DNA of 64,000 nucleotides, from positions 52,050 to 116,049 of the forward strand of contig MGKQ01000020.1 in NCBI GenBank assembly GCA_001795735.1, in the 5' to 3' direction. Made by a program: the position numbers and the translations under genes. Below, one piece after another: positions 38,571 to 47,430 of the stretch. Numbering within the stretch: position 1 is the first letter of the stretch; each line of letters opens with the position of its first letter. Source of the DNA: Candidatus Yanofskybacteria bacterium RIFCSPLOWO2_02_FULL_41_13. GTDB lineage: Bacteria > Patescibacteriota > Minisyncoccia > 2-02-FULL-40-12 > GWA2-44-9. The notes below the pieces were generated by a model, which ran no database searches, had not been told where the DNA came from, and worked only from the letters and a program-made list of their open reading frames with translations.

Positions 38571-39007
38571 AATATTCAATAAAAATTATAAATTATAAAT
38601 TTAAAATTCAACGCAATAAATCCGAGGACGGATTTATTGCGTTGATGTCCGCAATAATAATCGCCGCCGTTTTAATGGTAGTTGTTTTTTCTGTGAGTTT
38701 TTCAGGCTTCATGACCCGCTTTAATATTCTAGATGATGAATATAAAACAAGAAGTTTCAGTCTCGCCGAAGCCTATGCTGACGAAGCTATTCTTGAGTTG
38801 GCTAAGCTTTGGGTAGTAGATCCTGCTTTTTCCGGAACCAGTACTATAACAGTAAGTGCTACCGATTATTATTCATATGAAACGGTTGGTACGGAATATG
38901 TAATCAAAGCTCACTCGGTTGTTCAAAAAGCCACGACTAATATCAGGGTAACTATTGATAAGACGACGTTTACAACAACTGACCGGGAAGAAGTCCCCAG
39001 TCTGTAG
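38567..39007 (+). CDS. pilin-like/pseudopilin protein
   Basis: EDGFIALMSAIIIAAVLMVVVF N-terminal hydrophobic segment; ATGA overlap with previous gene. Confidence 0.5.
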   Translation: MKYSIKIINYKFKIQRNKSEDGFIALMSAIIIAAVLMVVVFSVSFSGFMTRFNILDDEYKTRSFSLAEAYADEAILELAKLWVVDPAFSGTSTITVSATDYYSYETVGTEYVIKAHSVVQKATTNIRVTIDKTTFTTTDREEVPSL

Positions 39008-39094
39008 GAATTTGTGGATACGATATTGTATTGCCTGAGCCTTAGATGTATAATAACAAAGAACTTCGTGCCCAAAGGACAAAGCTCTTCAAAG

Positions 39095-39124
39095 TTTGAC
39101 ATTTAGGCACAGTTAATGTATAAT
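39095..39124 (+). promoter_or_regulatory. consensus-like sigma-70 promoter TTGACA-18-TATAAT
   Basis: seen directly ~90 nt upstream of 39214. Confidence 0.5.
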
Positions 39125-39213
39125 TAACAAGTCATGTTTAACACCTGAATTTACTCTAAATTTCTAACTTTTGTTTGTAATTTAGGGTTTGCAGTTCAGG
39201 ATTTGCCTAGACA

Positions 39214-40473
39214 ATGTATCTCAATTTCCACTGGTCTACAAAGTATAAGGTCGAAAAATTCTTAGTCGGCTTTTTTGCATTATCTTTCATGCTCTCAATG
39301 ACCATCCAGCCGTTGGTATTTAGTGTGTCAGCCGGTCACGATCCTTTTAACGGAGTTGAGCAGACAAGTGTATTGTTCTGCCACAAACTGGGCAATGGTT
39401 CTTATAATCAACCGAACTCAAGTGTTACAGCCACAGGTGGACAGGTTAATGTTCCTCAAGGTCATGCCAGCCATTTAGGTGATATTATACCTCCGTTTCA
39501 TTTTGAGGGCGGATCTTATGCTGGTCAAAACTGGACCGAAGAGAACGAAGACATTTGGAATAGTGGTCTTTGTAACGGTCCCGTAGCAACACCAGAACCT
39601 ACTCCAACACCAACACCTGACCCAACACCTGACCCAACACCTGACCCAACACCTGACCCAACACCTGACCCAACACCTGACCCAACTTGTGATAATGAGT
39701 TAAATGATTGTACACCTCCCGAATCAAGTTTTGATGGCAATCCATACAGAAACCACGAGACTATTATAGATGTTGAACTTCTTCCCCTTACTTTAAGCGG
39801 AACTTCTACCGATGATACATCTGATAATCCATCCGGAGTTCAATCGGCTGAGTTAAGGATTTTCAAAATGGCAGACGATACCCTGGTTGATAGTGATCAG
39901 TACGGTTCATTTTTTGAAACATTGAATTGTACTCAGCGTGGAGAAGTCATAGAAACAGAAATAGTTGCCCTCTCTCTTCAAAGTATTGATCTAATTCCTG
40001 CATTAAATACGACCTGGTCCTATTCTTGGATGCCACAAGCTCGAGGTATCTACTGCATGGAAGCTCATGCCACAGATGCCGCCGGAAATGTTGAAAATAC
40101 CGCTTTTGGCGGACCGATATCGATACTTGTTTTACCAACTCCGACCCCAACACCGATCCCAACCTCGACTCCGACTCCAACACCAACACCAACACCTCCC
40201 CCGATCTGTACCTCTAACTGCGGTGGCGGTGGTGGAGGAACCTTAACTCCATATGTTCCGAATCCAACACCTGCCCCGGCACCTGAAGTTCTCGGTGCTA
40301 CAGATGAATCGTTGCCTGAAGTACTGGGTATTACCTCTCTTCCTGAAACATCAATATCTATCTCTGACTCGATTGTTGTATCGCTCTTCAGTGCCATGAT
40401 GATGACAGGAATGATGATGCTGATGATAGGATATGGTTTAGTACCTAAGAGGCTTGAAGATTATTTGAACTAA
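39214..40473 (+). CDS. secreted sortase-substrate surface protein with Pro/Thr/Asp-rich tandem repeats
   Basis: Signal peptide, (TPDP)n repeats. C-terminal sorting signal LPETS + hydrophobic segment + KR tail. Sortase gene follows. Confidence 0.65.
   Translation: MYLNFHWSTKYKVEKFLVGFFALSFMLSMTIQPLVFSVSAGHDPFNGVEQTSVLFCHKLGNGSYNQPNSSVTATGGQVNVPQGHASHLGDIIPPFHFEGGSYAGQNWTEENEDIWNSGLCNGPVATPEPTPTPTPDPTPDPTPDPTPDPTPDPTPDPTCDNELNDCTPPESSFDGNPYRNHETIIDVELLPLTLSGTSTDDTSDNPSGVQSAELRIFKMADDTLVDSDQYGSFFETLNCTQRGEVIETEIVALSLQSIDLIPALNTTWSYSWMPQARGIYCMEAHATDAAGNVENTAFGGPISILVLPTPTPTPIPTSTPTPTPTPTPPPICTSNCGGGGGGTLTPYVPNPTPAPAPEVLGATDESLPEVLGITSLPETSISISDSIVVSLFSAMMMTGMMMLMIGYGLVPKRLEDYLN
39595..39690 (+). 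repeat. 12-nt tandem repeat (ACACCTGACCCA)n encoding (TPDP)n
   Basis: seen directly, about 7 units. Confidence 0.8.
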
Positions 40474-40530
40474 TATCGTAAGAAACAAAAGAGGGGCTAC
40501 CGAAGCTCCTCTTTTGGTATAATAGTAAAC

Positions 40531-41157
40531 ATGATACCCGGTAAAAAAATTAATAAAACCTATATCTACCTTGGGGCAGTGCTGATTAGCCTCGGTTTTA
40601 TCGGCATTTTTTTGCCGAATATTTATGAACTATTTGTAGATGATACTTTCGAATCCGCCGAGGCCAAACTTCCAACATTTGAAGAACAGTTTATTGGCGA
40701 CGGTGAAGATGTTTTAACCACGCCAGTACTGATTGGAGGAGATATTCCTGCGTCGAAAGGAAGCGGGGACAGGCTTTTAATCGTCGATGTAAACATAAAT
40801 ATGCCGGTGTTCTTGGGGGAGACCGAGAAAACCTTAAATAAGGGCGGTTGGCTTTTTCCGACGACATCTCGTCCGGAGCTTGGTGGAAATTCTGTCATCT
40901 TCGGTCATCGCTATATGTATCGTCCGCCTAAATCAAATACTTTTTGGAATTTGGATAAAGTCGAGATTGGTGATGAGATGATTTTGACTTGGCGAAGCAA
41001 GGAATATAAGTATAAAGTTTTTGAAATAAAAATTGTTGAGCCGACAGATCTCTCTGTTATTAGACAAACGTCCGATGCAAGACTTACGGTCATAACTTGC
41101 ACTCCGTTATTTTCGACAAAACAGAGACTGGTCGTGATAGGAAAGCTTATTAAATAA
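40531..41157 (+). CDS. sortase (class E/A-like)
   Basis: N-terminal TM, catalytic His (IFGHRY) and TLxTC motif (LTVITCTP), conserved Arg downstream. Confidence 0.8.
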   Translation: MIPGKKINKTYIYLGAVLISLGFIGIFLPNIYELFVDDTFESAEAKLPTFEEQFIGDGEDVLTTPVLIGGDIPASKGSGDRLLIVDVNINMPVFLGETEKTLNKGGWLFPTTSRPELGGNSVIFGHRYMYRPPKSNTFWNLDKVEIGDEMILTWRSKEYKYKVFEIKIVEPTDLSVIRQTSDARLTVITCTPLFSTKQRLVVIGKLIK

Positions 41158-41394
41158 AAACGCTAAATAACCTTGGTCTCCTTATAAAGTTTGGGTGAAT
41201 TATGGTATAATTGTAGTAACGAATTCTTAACCAACAAAAACCCAATAAATACAGATAACAACTTATTTGCCTCGGTATTTACCGTCCTAAGCTCTATCAG
41301 CTTTTGGTGGCTGGTTTCTATGGCCGCAGTGATTGTTATGGTGATGGTTATCAACAGACGAAAATCTAATTAAAAATCGCCTTCAGGGGCGATT

Positions 41395-41979
41395 TTAAAA
41401 AATTTTAACTCCAATAAGCTCAGCCACCTTCAGTGCCACATAAATTGATGTATTTGCTAGTATATGGGCAACGATTGACGGCCATGGCCAGGCAGGTTGG
41501 ATTTTAAGGGTCAGCCAGATCCAGGTCAGGCCCGAAAAAAAGACCGGCGGAAATAAGAAGTAATAGTATTTGACAATGTGTGTTCCGTTTTGCTCAAATC
41601 CGGCAAGAATCGGAATGTGGCCGGATGCCCACCAGACATTCAGGCCGATTGCTATTCCAACCGTCAGTATTCTGGATAGATTAGAATTTTTCAAGGAGTA
41701 ACCAAGCCAGGACAATACGGAGATAGCTATTATAATTGGAAATCTAAATAAAAACTCTTCATATAAAGCTGGATCTATGGCAAAATTGGTAAAGAAAAAT
41801 CCGAATTGATTCCAAGGTACTAGAAAACCCCAGAGAAAACTACTGTAAGTCTGAAGATCTTGCGGCTTTCCGCTTAGTAAACGAAAGCTGAGGTAGAAAA
41901 TTACAGGAGTTGTTACCATATTCACCAGCCAGACCCACAATATCAATTTCCACGCTTGCTGATTATTGGGCGGATCCAT
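41395..41979 (-). CDS. CPBP family intramembrane metalloprotease (CAAX protease-like)
   Basis: EEFLFR, FxxxH-like and HILAN motifs in TM helices. Confidence 0.6.
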   Translation of the reverse strand: MDPPNNQQAWKLILWVWLVNMVTTPVIFYLSFRLLSGKPQDLQTYSSFLWGFLVPWNQFGFFFTNFAIDPALYEEFLFRFPIIIAISVLSWLGYSLKNSNLSRILTVGIAIGLNVWWASGHIPILAGFEQNGTHIVKYYYFLFPPVFFSGLTWIWLTLKIQPAWPWPSIVAHILANTSIYVALKVAELIGVKIF

Positions 41980-42051
41980 CCCTGACCTTTTAAAAGAACC
42001 AGATAAGGCATGGTACGATAATTGAATGATTTAATCAATTTTGGTTAAATA

Positions 42052-42720
42052 ATGATAAGGATGGAACTCCTACTTGGAATTGATTTGGTTGCTTTAATTA
42101 AGGCCGTCGGTTATATAGGCCTGTTTTTGATTGTTTTTGCCGAATCAGGGTTATTCGTAGGCTTCTTTCTGCCGGGTGATTCTCTCTTATTTACGGCCGG
42201 GTTTTTGGCTTCGCAGGGCTATCTTCATATAGTTCCGCTTATAATACTAACCTTTACCGGAGCTGTCTTGGGTGATAATTTTGGCTATGCCTTCGGTAAA
42301 AAAGTAGGGGTAAGGATCTTTACTAAAGACGACTCGTTGGTATTTCATAAAGACCATTTGAAAAGAGCCCAGGCTTATTATGAGAAATATGGCGGGAAGA
42401 CTATCGTCTTAGCCCGTTTTATACCCGTCGTCAGAACATTTGCTCCGATTGTGGCTGGAGTCGGAAATATGAATTACAAGGATTTTTTCCTCTATAATCT
42501 TATCGGCGGTCTGGCTTGGGGCTTGGGCATGCCCTTGCTTGGTTACTTCTTGGGTAGTATGGTACCGAATATTGACCATTATTTAATACCGATTATCTTG
42601 CTTATAATCTTTGGTTCTTTTGTCCCTCCTGTTGCACATTTTCTTAAAGAAAAACACCATCGTCAGCAAGTAAGAAGTTTGGTGGGGAGGTTGTCTAAAT
42701 TGGTGATGGGGAAAAAATAG
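42052..42720 (+). CDS. DedA/VTT domain family membrane protein
   Basis: FAESGLFVGFFLPGDSLL motif. Confidence 0.8.
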   Translation: MIRMELLLGIDLVALIKAVGYIGLFLIVFAESGLFVGFFLPGDSLLFTAGFLASQGYLHIVPLIILTFTGAVLGDNFGYAFGKKVGVRIFTKDDSLVFHKDHLKRAQAYYEKYGGKTIVLARFIPVVRTFAPIVAGVGNMNYKDFFLYNLIGGLAWGLGMPLLGYFLGSMVPNIDHYLIPIILLIIFGSFVPPVAHFLKEKHHRQQVRSLVGRLSKLVMGKK

Positions 42721-42756
42721 TTTTGTTCGTTAATTAGTTGTGATATAATAAAAAAC

Positions 42757-42969
42757 ATGATGATATTTGGTATAGCAATTTTAGTCTTCGGTCTGGCATT
42801 TCTTCTCAGAAATCTGGGCCTTTTACATTTCCCCGGAAGTTTCTGGTCTCTTTTTTATCCGTTGGTGATAGTGGTCGTCGGCCTCGTTGTGATATTTGTT
42901 ACTCACGAGGGACGCAAGCTCCTCAAGCGTCTCAAAAAGTTTTTCTCTGGGGAAGATGATAGGGTCTAG
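42757..42969 (+). CDS. small membrane protein
   Basis: two TM helices. Confidence 0.35.
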   Translation: MMIFGIAILVFGLAFLLRNLGLLHFPGSFWSLFYPLVIVVVGLVVIFVTHEGRKLLKRLKKFFSGEDDRV

Positions 42970-43018
42970 TAATAAAAATACCTCCCAGCTAAACTGAGAG
43001 GTATTTTTATTAAAGCGA

Positions 43019-43489
43019 TTAAAACTCAATTTTATCCCCGGTCTGAATACTATTATCTTTTGACCAGCCGGCGTTGACTTCAAGGACGTATTTGACCGGA
43101 AAGGCAGGAAAAAATGTCTGCGGAAAAGTATCCGGCGATACATTCGGGGTAATTTCAGTTATAGTTCCATTTTCGTCTATCCAGATAAGATCTAGAGAAA
43201 ATCTCATATCTTTCATCCAAAATCCCGGCTTACTGGGTTGAGAAAAAACAAACAGCATCCCGTGATCTCGATCTAATGAGTCTCTATCTGACAATCCTTG
43301 CACTTGTTCATGCGGTTCATCGACAACTTCAACGGTCAGGGGCGCATTATTTATAGAAATTACTTTTTCGCTAAGTTCTGACGATTGATATTCTGCCGTT
43401 TTCGGAGCTTCGTCCATAAAGAAAAAATAAGATGTGACAGAGAGAAGAATTAGGCCGAATATTACGATTAATAGGGCACCTTTGAACAT
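43019..43489 (-). CDS. DUF192 domain-containing protein
   Basis: GLSDR...GMLFVF...FWMKDM..SLDLIWID..G.I..I motif pattern. Confidence 0.65.
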   Translation of the reverse strand: MFKGALLIVIFGLILLSVTSYFFFMDEAPKTAEYQSSELSEKVISINNAPLTVEVVDEPHEQVQGLSDRDSLDRDHGMLFVFSQPSKPGFWMKDMRFSLDLIWIDENGTITEITPNVSPDTFPQTFFPAFPVKYVLEVNAGWSKDNSIQTGDKIEF

Positions 43490-43784
43490 AGCCTTATTAT
43501 AACCTACATCTATTGTATTTCATATTGAAGTATGCTATCATGTAGCCATCGTAGGTTTTCTCATGGCCCACTCTAGTAGTCGAGTTCTCGAGTATTTAGT
43601 AGGAGCCCAGAGAGGTCGTTCCTACTAAATATACAATTGTGTGTGAGATACGAATAACTACATAAGGCTGTCCGCCCTTGCGTAAAGCTTCGGCCGTCGG
43701 CTCGACATAGTCGACCTTTGGCCAGACGACGTCGGCGGATGCTGATAATTGTAGTTGCTCGTTGTTCTCGCAAACAATTATCGC

Positions 43785-44138
43785 ATGAGTAAAAAATTAT
43801 ATGTAGGCAACATGGCTTACAACACTACCGAGGATTCTTTGAAGGATGCTTTCTCAAAGGCCGGTACTGTAGAATCCGTTTCCGTCATTACTGACAAGAT
43901 GTCAGGAAGACCGAGAGGATTTGCTTTCGTTGAAATGGCCGATGATGATGGTGCCGCAAAGGCCGTCGAGATGTGGAATGGCCAGGATTTAGACGGAAGA
44001 AAGTTGATAGTCAATGAAGCTAGACCGTTGACCGAAAGACCTCCTCGAAGGAGCTTCGGCGGTGGTACCGGTGGTGGACGAGGCGGATTCGGTGGTGGCC
44101 GAGGCGGATTCGGCGGTGGACGAAGAGAGGAATACTAA
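43785..44138 (+). CDS. RNA-binding protein (RRM domain with Gly/Arg-rich tail)
   Basis: RNP-2 LYVGNM and RNP-1 RGFAFVEM, C-terminal GGGRGGFGGGRGGFGGGR; ATG 43785. Confidence 0.85.
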   Translation: MSKKLYVGNMAYNTTEDSLKDAFSKAGTVESVSVITDKMSGRPRGFAFVEMADDDGAAKAVEMWNGQDLDGRKLIVNEARPLTERPPRRSFGGGTGGGRGGFGGGRGGFGGGRREEY

Positions 44139-44159
44139 TTTCTGTCTGAGTTACACTCA

Positions 44160-44194
44160 AACCAAAAACTCCCTTTCGGGAGTTTTTGGTTTTT
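44160..44194 (+). terminator. rho-independent terminator (14-bp stem AACCAAAAACTCCC/GGGAGTTTTTGGTT + T-run)
   Basis: seen directly after the RRM gene. Confidence 0.75.
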
Positions 44195-44196
44195 CG

Positions 44197-44500
44197 TCAG
44201 ACAAATTTATTTTGATTTCTCGACCTGCTTTCTTTCTCTCGCCTCACCGAAGCCTTGCGCCACCGCTGAAGCCTCTGGCGACACGCGGTCGGCGGAGCGC
44301 GGGTCGGACAAATAGTTAAATTAGCCTCAATTTAGTTAACAAATTTGAGCCTCGTCGCTCGATAACCCTTTTTATTAATGAGAAGGGTTATCGGACTCCC
44401 CACTCAAATTTGTGGAATAACATAAATTATCGGTTAATTTAACTACTATGTGTTCCTCGAAAAAAGACGGTCTCAAATCAAAATAAATTTGTCTGAGTTA
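44197..44500. mobile_element. MITE-like element with 22-bp perfect terminal inverted repeats TCAGACAAATTTATTTTGATTT
   Basis: TIRs seen directly. Interior is GC-rich with nested hairpins. Track ORF 44062..44319 inside is spurious. Confidence 0.55.
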
Positions 44501-44788
44501 TTGAAATGAAAAATAAGTTGTAATTAACGGCAGTCTCTTTTCTATACTCCTCTGAATCCATTTGAGCTTCATCAGTACAAATTCATAATATTTATGATAT
44601 TTTCCTGGGAGTCCAATCGGGGTGGTTCGGAACGGCCGCGTTCTAATTCTTATTAGGACGGGCGTATGGCCGAACCGAGGTCCCTAATTGGTCAGAGAAA
44701 ATGAAATAAATATTATAGAATTTGTTGATGAAGCGAAGGCGATGAAGAGGAGTATAGAAAAGAGACAAAGTTATGGTATAATCTACTT

Positions 44789-45250
44789 ATGTCACAAACA
44801 TCTGCTTATGTATTAATAATATTTCTTGCTTTTGGGGGGTTTTTGATCGCTCGCTATATTCGTCATCATAAGAAGAACGTGGAAGAGGCTTTGGTTTGTC
44901 CGTTAAGGGCGAACTGCGATATGGTTATTCATAGTGATTATTCAAAGTTTTTGGGGATTCCCATTGAGGCTCTGGGCATGGTTTATTACAGTCTTCTGGC
45001 CGTGAGCTACGGATTGTTAGTTATTTTTCCGGTCCTCAATCAGCCGTTAGTTGCCTCGAGTCTGCTTTTTGCTACTGTATGCGCCTTTGTTTTCTCTATC
45101 TATCTGACGTTGATACAAGCTTTTGTTATTAAAAATTGGTGCACTTGGTGTCTTATCTCAGCTACCATCTGTGGAGCCGTATTTGCCATAGATGCTTCGA
45201 CTTCACCCCTCTTTTCGGCTCTATTTTCTAGTATATTTCTCAGTCTATAA
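44789..45250 (+). CDS. vitamin K epoxide reductase (VKOR) family protein
   Basis: loop Cys pair CPLRANC and TM CTWC active site. Confidence 0.7.
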   Translation: MSQTSAYVLIIFLAFGGFLIARYIRHHKKNVEEALVCPLRANCDMVIHSDYSKFLGIPIEALGMVYYSLLAVSYGLLVIFPVLNQPLVASSLLFATVCAFVFSIYLTLIQAFVIKNWCTWCLISATICGAVFAIDASTSPLFSALFSSIFLSL

Positions 45251-45295
45251 AACTTGGCTAAATACGAAAGTCCTGTTAGTTTATAAGGATGAATC

Positions 45296-45370
45296 CCGTA
45301 TGAAGTCTCGCTCGCGACAAAGTCGCGAGTCCATAGGACCTCGGCGGGGCTACTTCGTACGGGATGAATT
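45296..45370. repeat. inverted box pair ATCCCGTATGAAGT ... ACTTCGTACGGGAT with internal hairpin CTCGCGAC/GTCGCGAG
   Basis: seen directly; right box overlaps ATG of 45364 gene. Confidence 0.5.
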
Positions 45371-45732
45371 TTAAAGTCCCCAAGAACGATTCTAAGTATC
45401 ATTGGACCAACCATGTTATTGGAAAGATGGGATTTTATGGTCTTTCGCCGGACAGAGTTAAGAGGGTTATTCGCAGTCCGAAAAGAGTCGAGGAGGGAAT
45501 TGCCGAAAATACTATCGCTGTTATGCAGCCCTCAACGAATTTAAAAAAGCCGTCAGAAGTCTGGGTAATGTACCAGCAGAAAAATCAAAATGCAAAAATT
45601 AAAAATCAAAATTTTGGAAGGAAGATAATTATAAGCGCCTGGCGGTATCCGGGAATAAGTCCGGTCGGTAAGGCCATCCCAATCCCGGCAGACATACTGG
45701 AAGAACTTAAAAATGAGGGAATAATAAATTAA
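45364..45732 (+). CDS. hypothetical protein
   Basis: ORF; start overlaps the conserved GTACGGGATGAAT box. Confidence 0.35.
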   Translation: MNFKVPKNDSKYHWTNHVIGKMGFYGLSPDRVKRVIRSPKRVEEGIAENTIAVMQPSTNLKKPSEVWVMYQQKNQNAKIKNQNFGRKIIISAWRYPGISPVGKAIPIPADILEELKNEGIIN

Positions 45733-45742
45733 TTTTTAACGT

Positions 45743-46588
45743 ATGAAGATAGGTTGTCATGTTTCCATTGCGGGTGGGATCTGGAATGCGCCGAAGAATG
45801 CAGCTGATTTAGGGTGCGAGGTTTTTCAGATGTTTACGCGGTCGCCTCAGGGTGGGCCGGCACCGAAGATAGACAAAGAAGTCGTCAGGCAATTTAAAGA
45901 GGAGATGAAAAAATGGAACCAAGGAGATTGTTATATTCATGCTCCGTATTATATTAATTTTGCTTCAGCAAAAAAGACAATCAGGGAAGCGTCGGTCAGG
46001 ATAGTCATAGAGGAGCTTGAGAGGGGAAGTTTGATCGGAGCTAAATACGTAATAACTCACTTGGGCAGTTCCAAAGACTTATCTTGCGAGGAAGCCCTTG
46101 ATTCAACAAAATATGCTATCGCACAAATCGTTGAAAAGTATAAGGGGAGCACTCAGCTTTTGCTTGAGATATCTGCCGGAGCAGGAAATGTAATGGGGGA
46201 TACTTTTGAGGAGCTACATCAAATTCTAGAATATGTAAAAGAGCAAAATGTTATGATGTATCATAACATCGGTATATGCCTTGACTCGGCTCACATGTTT
46301 GCTTCGGGGTATGATATTAAGACGAAAGATGGGTTTAACTCAACTCTGAAGATAATAAAAGAAACAGTCGGCTTGAAAAAGATAAGAGTTATTCATGCCA
46401 ACGATTCTAAGGTTGATCTTGGCGAGCGTAAAGATAGACATGACCATATCGGAGATGGTAAAATAGGGGTTGAGGGTTTTAAAAACTTAATTAAAGCATT
46501 TCCTGAAGTTGACTTTATTCTCGAGACTAAACCCGATAAAGTGACAGAAGATATTAAAAAACTAAAATTATTAAGACGAAAAACTTGA
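45743..46588 (+). CDS. nfo: deoxyribonuclease IV / AP endonuclease family 2 (xylose isomerase-like TIM barrel)
   Basis: HxxY, ITHLG, LLEISAG, HANDSK motifs of endonuclease IV. Confidence 0.8.
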   Translation: MKIGCHVSIAGGIWNAPKNAADLGCEVFQMFTRSPQGGPAPKIDKEVVRQFKEEMKKWNQGDCYIHAPYYINFASAKKTIREASVRIVIEELERGSLIGAKYVITHLGSSKDLSCEEALDSTKYAIAQIVEKYKGSTQLLLEISAGAGNVMGDTFEELHQILEYVKEQNVMMYHNIGICLDSAHMFASGYDIKTKDGFNSTLKIIKETVGLKKIRVIHANDSKVDLGERKDRHDHIGDGKIGVEGFKNLIKAFPEVDFILETKPDKVTEDIKKLKLLRRKT

Positions 46589-46598
46589 GTTTGCTAGA

Positions 46599-46758
46599 CT
46601 AGGTTACCATACTCAGACTCGGACCACATTCAATTTTTCCAGCGAAAATTGAATCTTAAGTTCTCGGCTCGCCGCAGAACCAAGCCGGCTCGCCTGCCCG
46701 CGCTACGCCGAAGGCTTTGGCGAGGCGAGCGAATCCCCCCTAGAGTATAGTAGCCTAG
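46599..46758. mobile_element. MITE-like element (third copy of family), TIRs CTAGGTTACCATACTC/GAGTATAGTAGCCTAG
   Basis: aligned by eye to reverse complement of 20643..20764 (shared CAGACTCGGACCACATTC...CCAGCGAAAA...GAATCTTAAGT...GCCGCAGAACCAAGCCGGCT). Confidence 0.6.
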
Positions 46759-46789
46759 TTTAGTCTAATTTATTTTTTTCGATATATGT

Positions 46790-47074
46790 ATGTTGGGAAA
46801 TTTTATGGGCAGTAACGACAATTGGAACCCGTTGGGTATGGGTTGGGGAGGCGGACTAATATTCGGTCCGGTAATGATATTACTGGTTTTGTGGACTTTG
46901 TATTGGAAGTATAGATCTTTGTGGCATGCGGCTAAGAATGATGAGAAGTGGTGGTTTGTCGCTTTACTGGTGATTAACACGCTCGGAATTTTAGAGATAC
47001 TCTATCTCTACTTTTTCTCAAAGAAGGCTCTAAAACATAATGAGATGAATGTTCCGATAGTGCCACAGGGATAA
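46790..47074 (+). CDS. small membrane protein (PLDc_N-like)
   Basis: TM then W-rich motif LWHAAKNDEKWWFVALLVINTLGILEILYLYF. Confidence 0.4.
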   Translation: MLGNFMGSNDNWNPLGMGWGGGLIFGPVMILLVLWTLYWKYRSLWHAAKNDEKWWFVALLVINTLGILEILYLYFFSKKALKHNEMNVPIVPQG

Positions 47075-47151
47075 TGGTGCTTATCATTTTTTAGTTTTAG
47101 TTATATAAAAAACCCCTGCCTCAACAGGAGTTTTTCTTTTTTGGTTGGCTT

Positions 47152-47406
47152 TTAGCAACCACCATTTTGTGTATCAATTGCTACCCCACTGTTCGTCCCA
47201 TTCTTATAATATATAACTTTACGGGTTACAGTATCGCATGTAGCTTCTAGGCCATGACCATCGTAACCTAAATATCTGAGCCTAGATGATCGGGCTTCAA
47301 CTGTGGCCGTTCTTGTAGTAGAGGCCAATAGTCCGACTATGATAATGCCAACAACAAAAATCGCAACATATATGAGCAATTGCTTCATTTCTGTCTCCCT
47401 GCGCAT
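47152..47406 (-). CDS. hypothetical small secreted/membrane-anchored protein
   Basis: ORF with N-terminal TM. Confidence 0.3.
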   Translation of the reverse strand: MRRETEMKQLLIYVAIFVVGIIIVGLLASTTRTATVEARSSRLRYLGYDGHGLEATCDTVTRKVIYYKNGTNSGVAIDTQNGGC

Positions 47407-47430
47407 TTTTACGCGCGAGTATACAGTAAT

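Noticed and set aside
44062-44319. 85-aa ORF downstream of the RRM gene
   Set aside because: It spans the intrinsic terminator and the GC-rich interior of the TIR-bounded element. It has Arg/Ala/Pro-rich low-complexity translation typical of GC-rich non-coding DNA in an AT-rich genome.
44560-44700. possible tRNA-like cloverleaf (GGTTCGGAAC T-arm-like segment)
   Set aside because: No acceptable acceptor stem, anticodon arm or conserved T-loop GTTCRANYC could be built. No other region in the window gave a tRNA-like fold either, so I report no tRNA.
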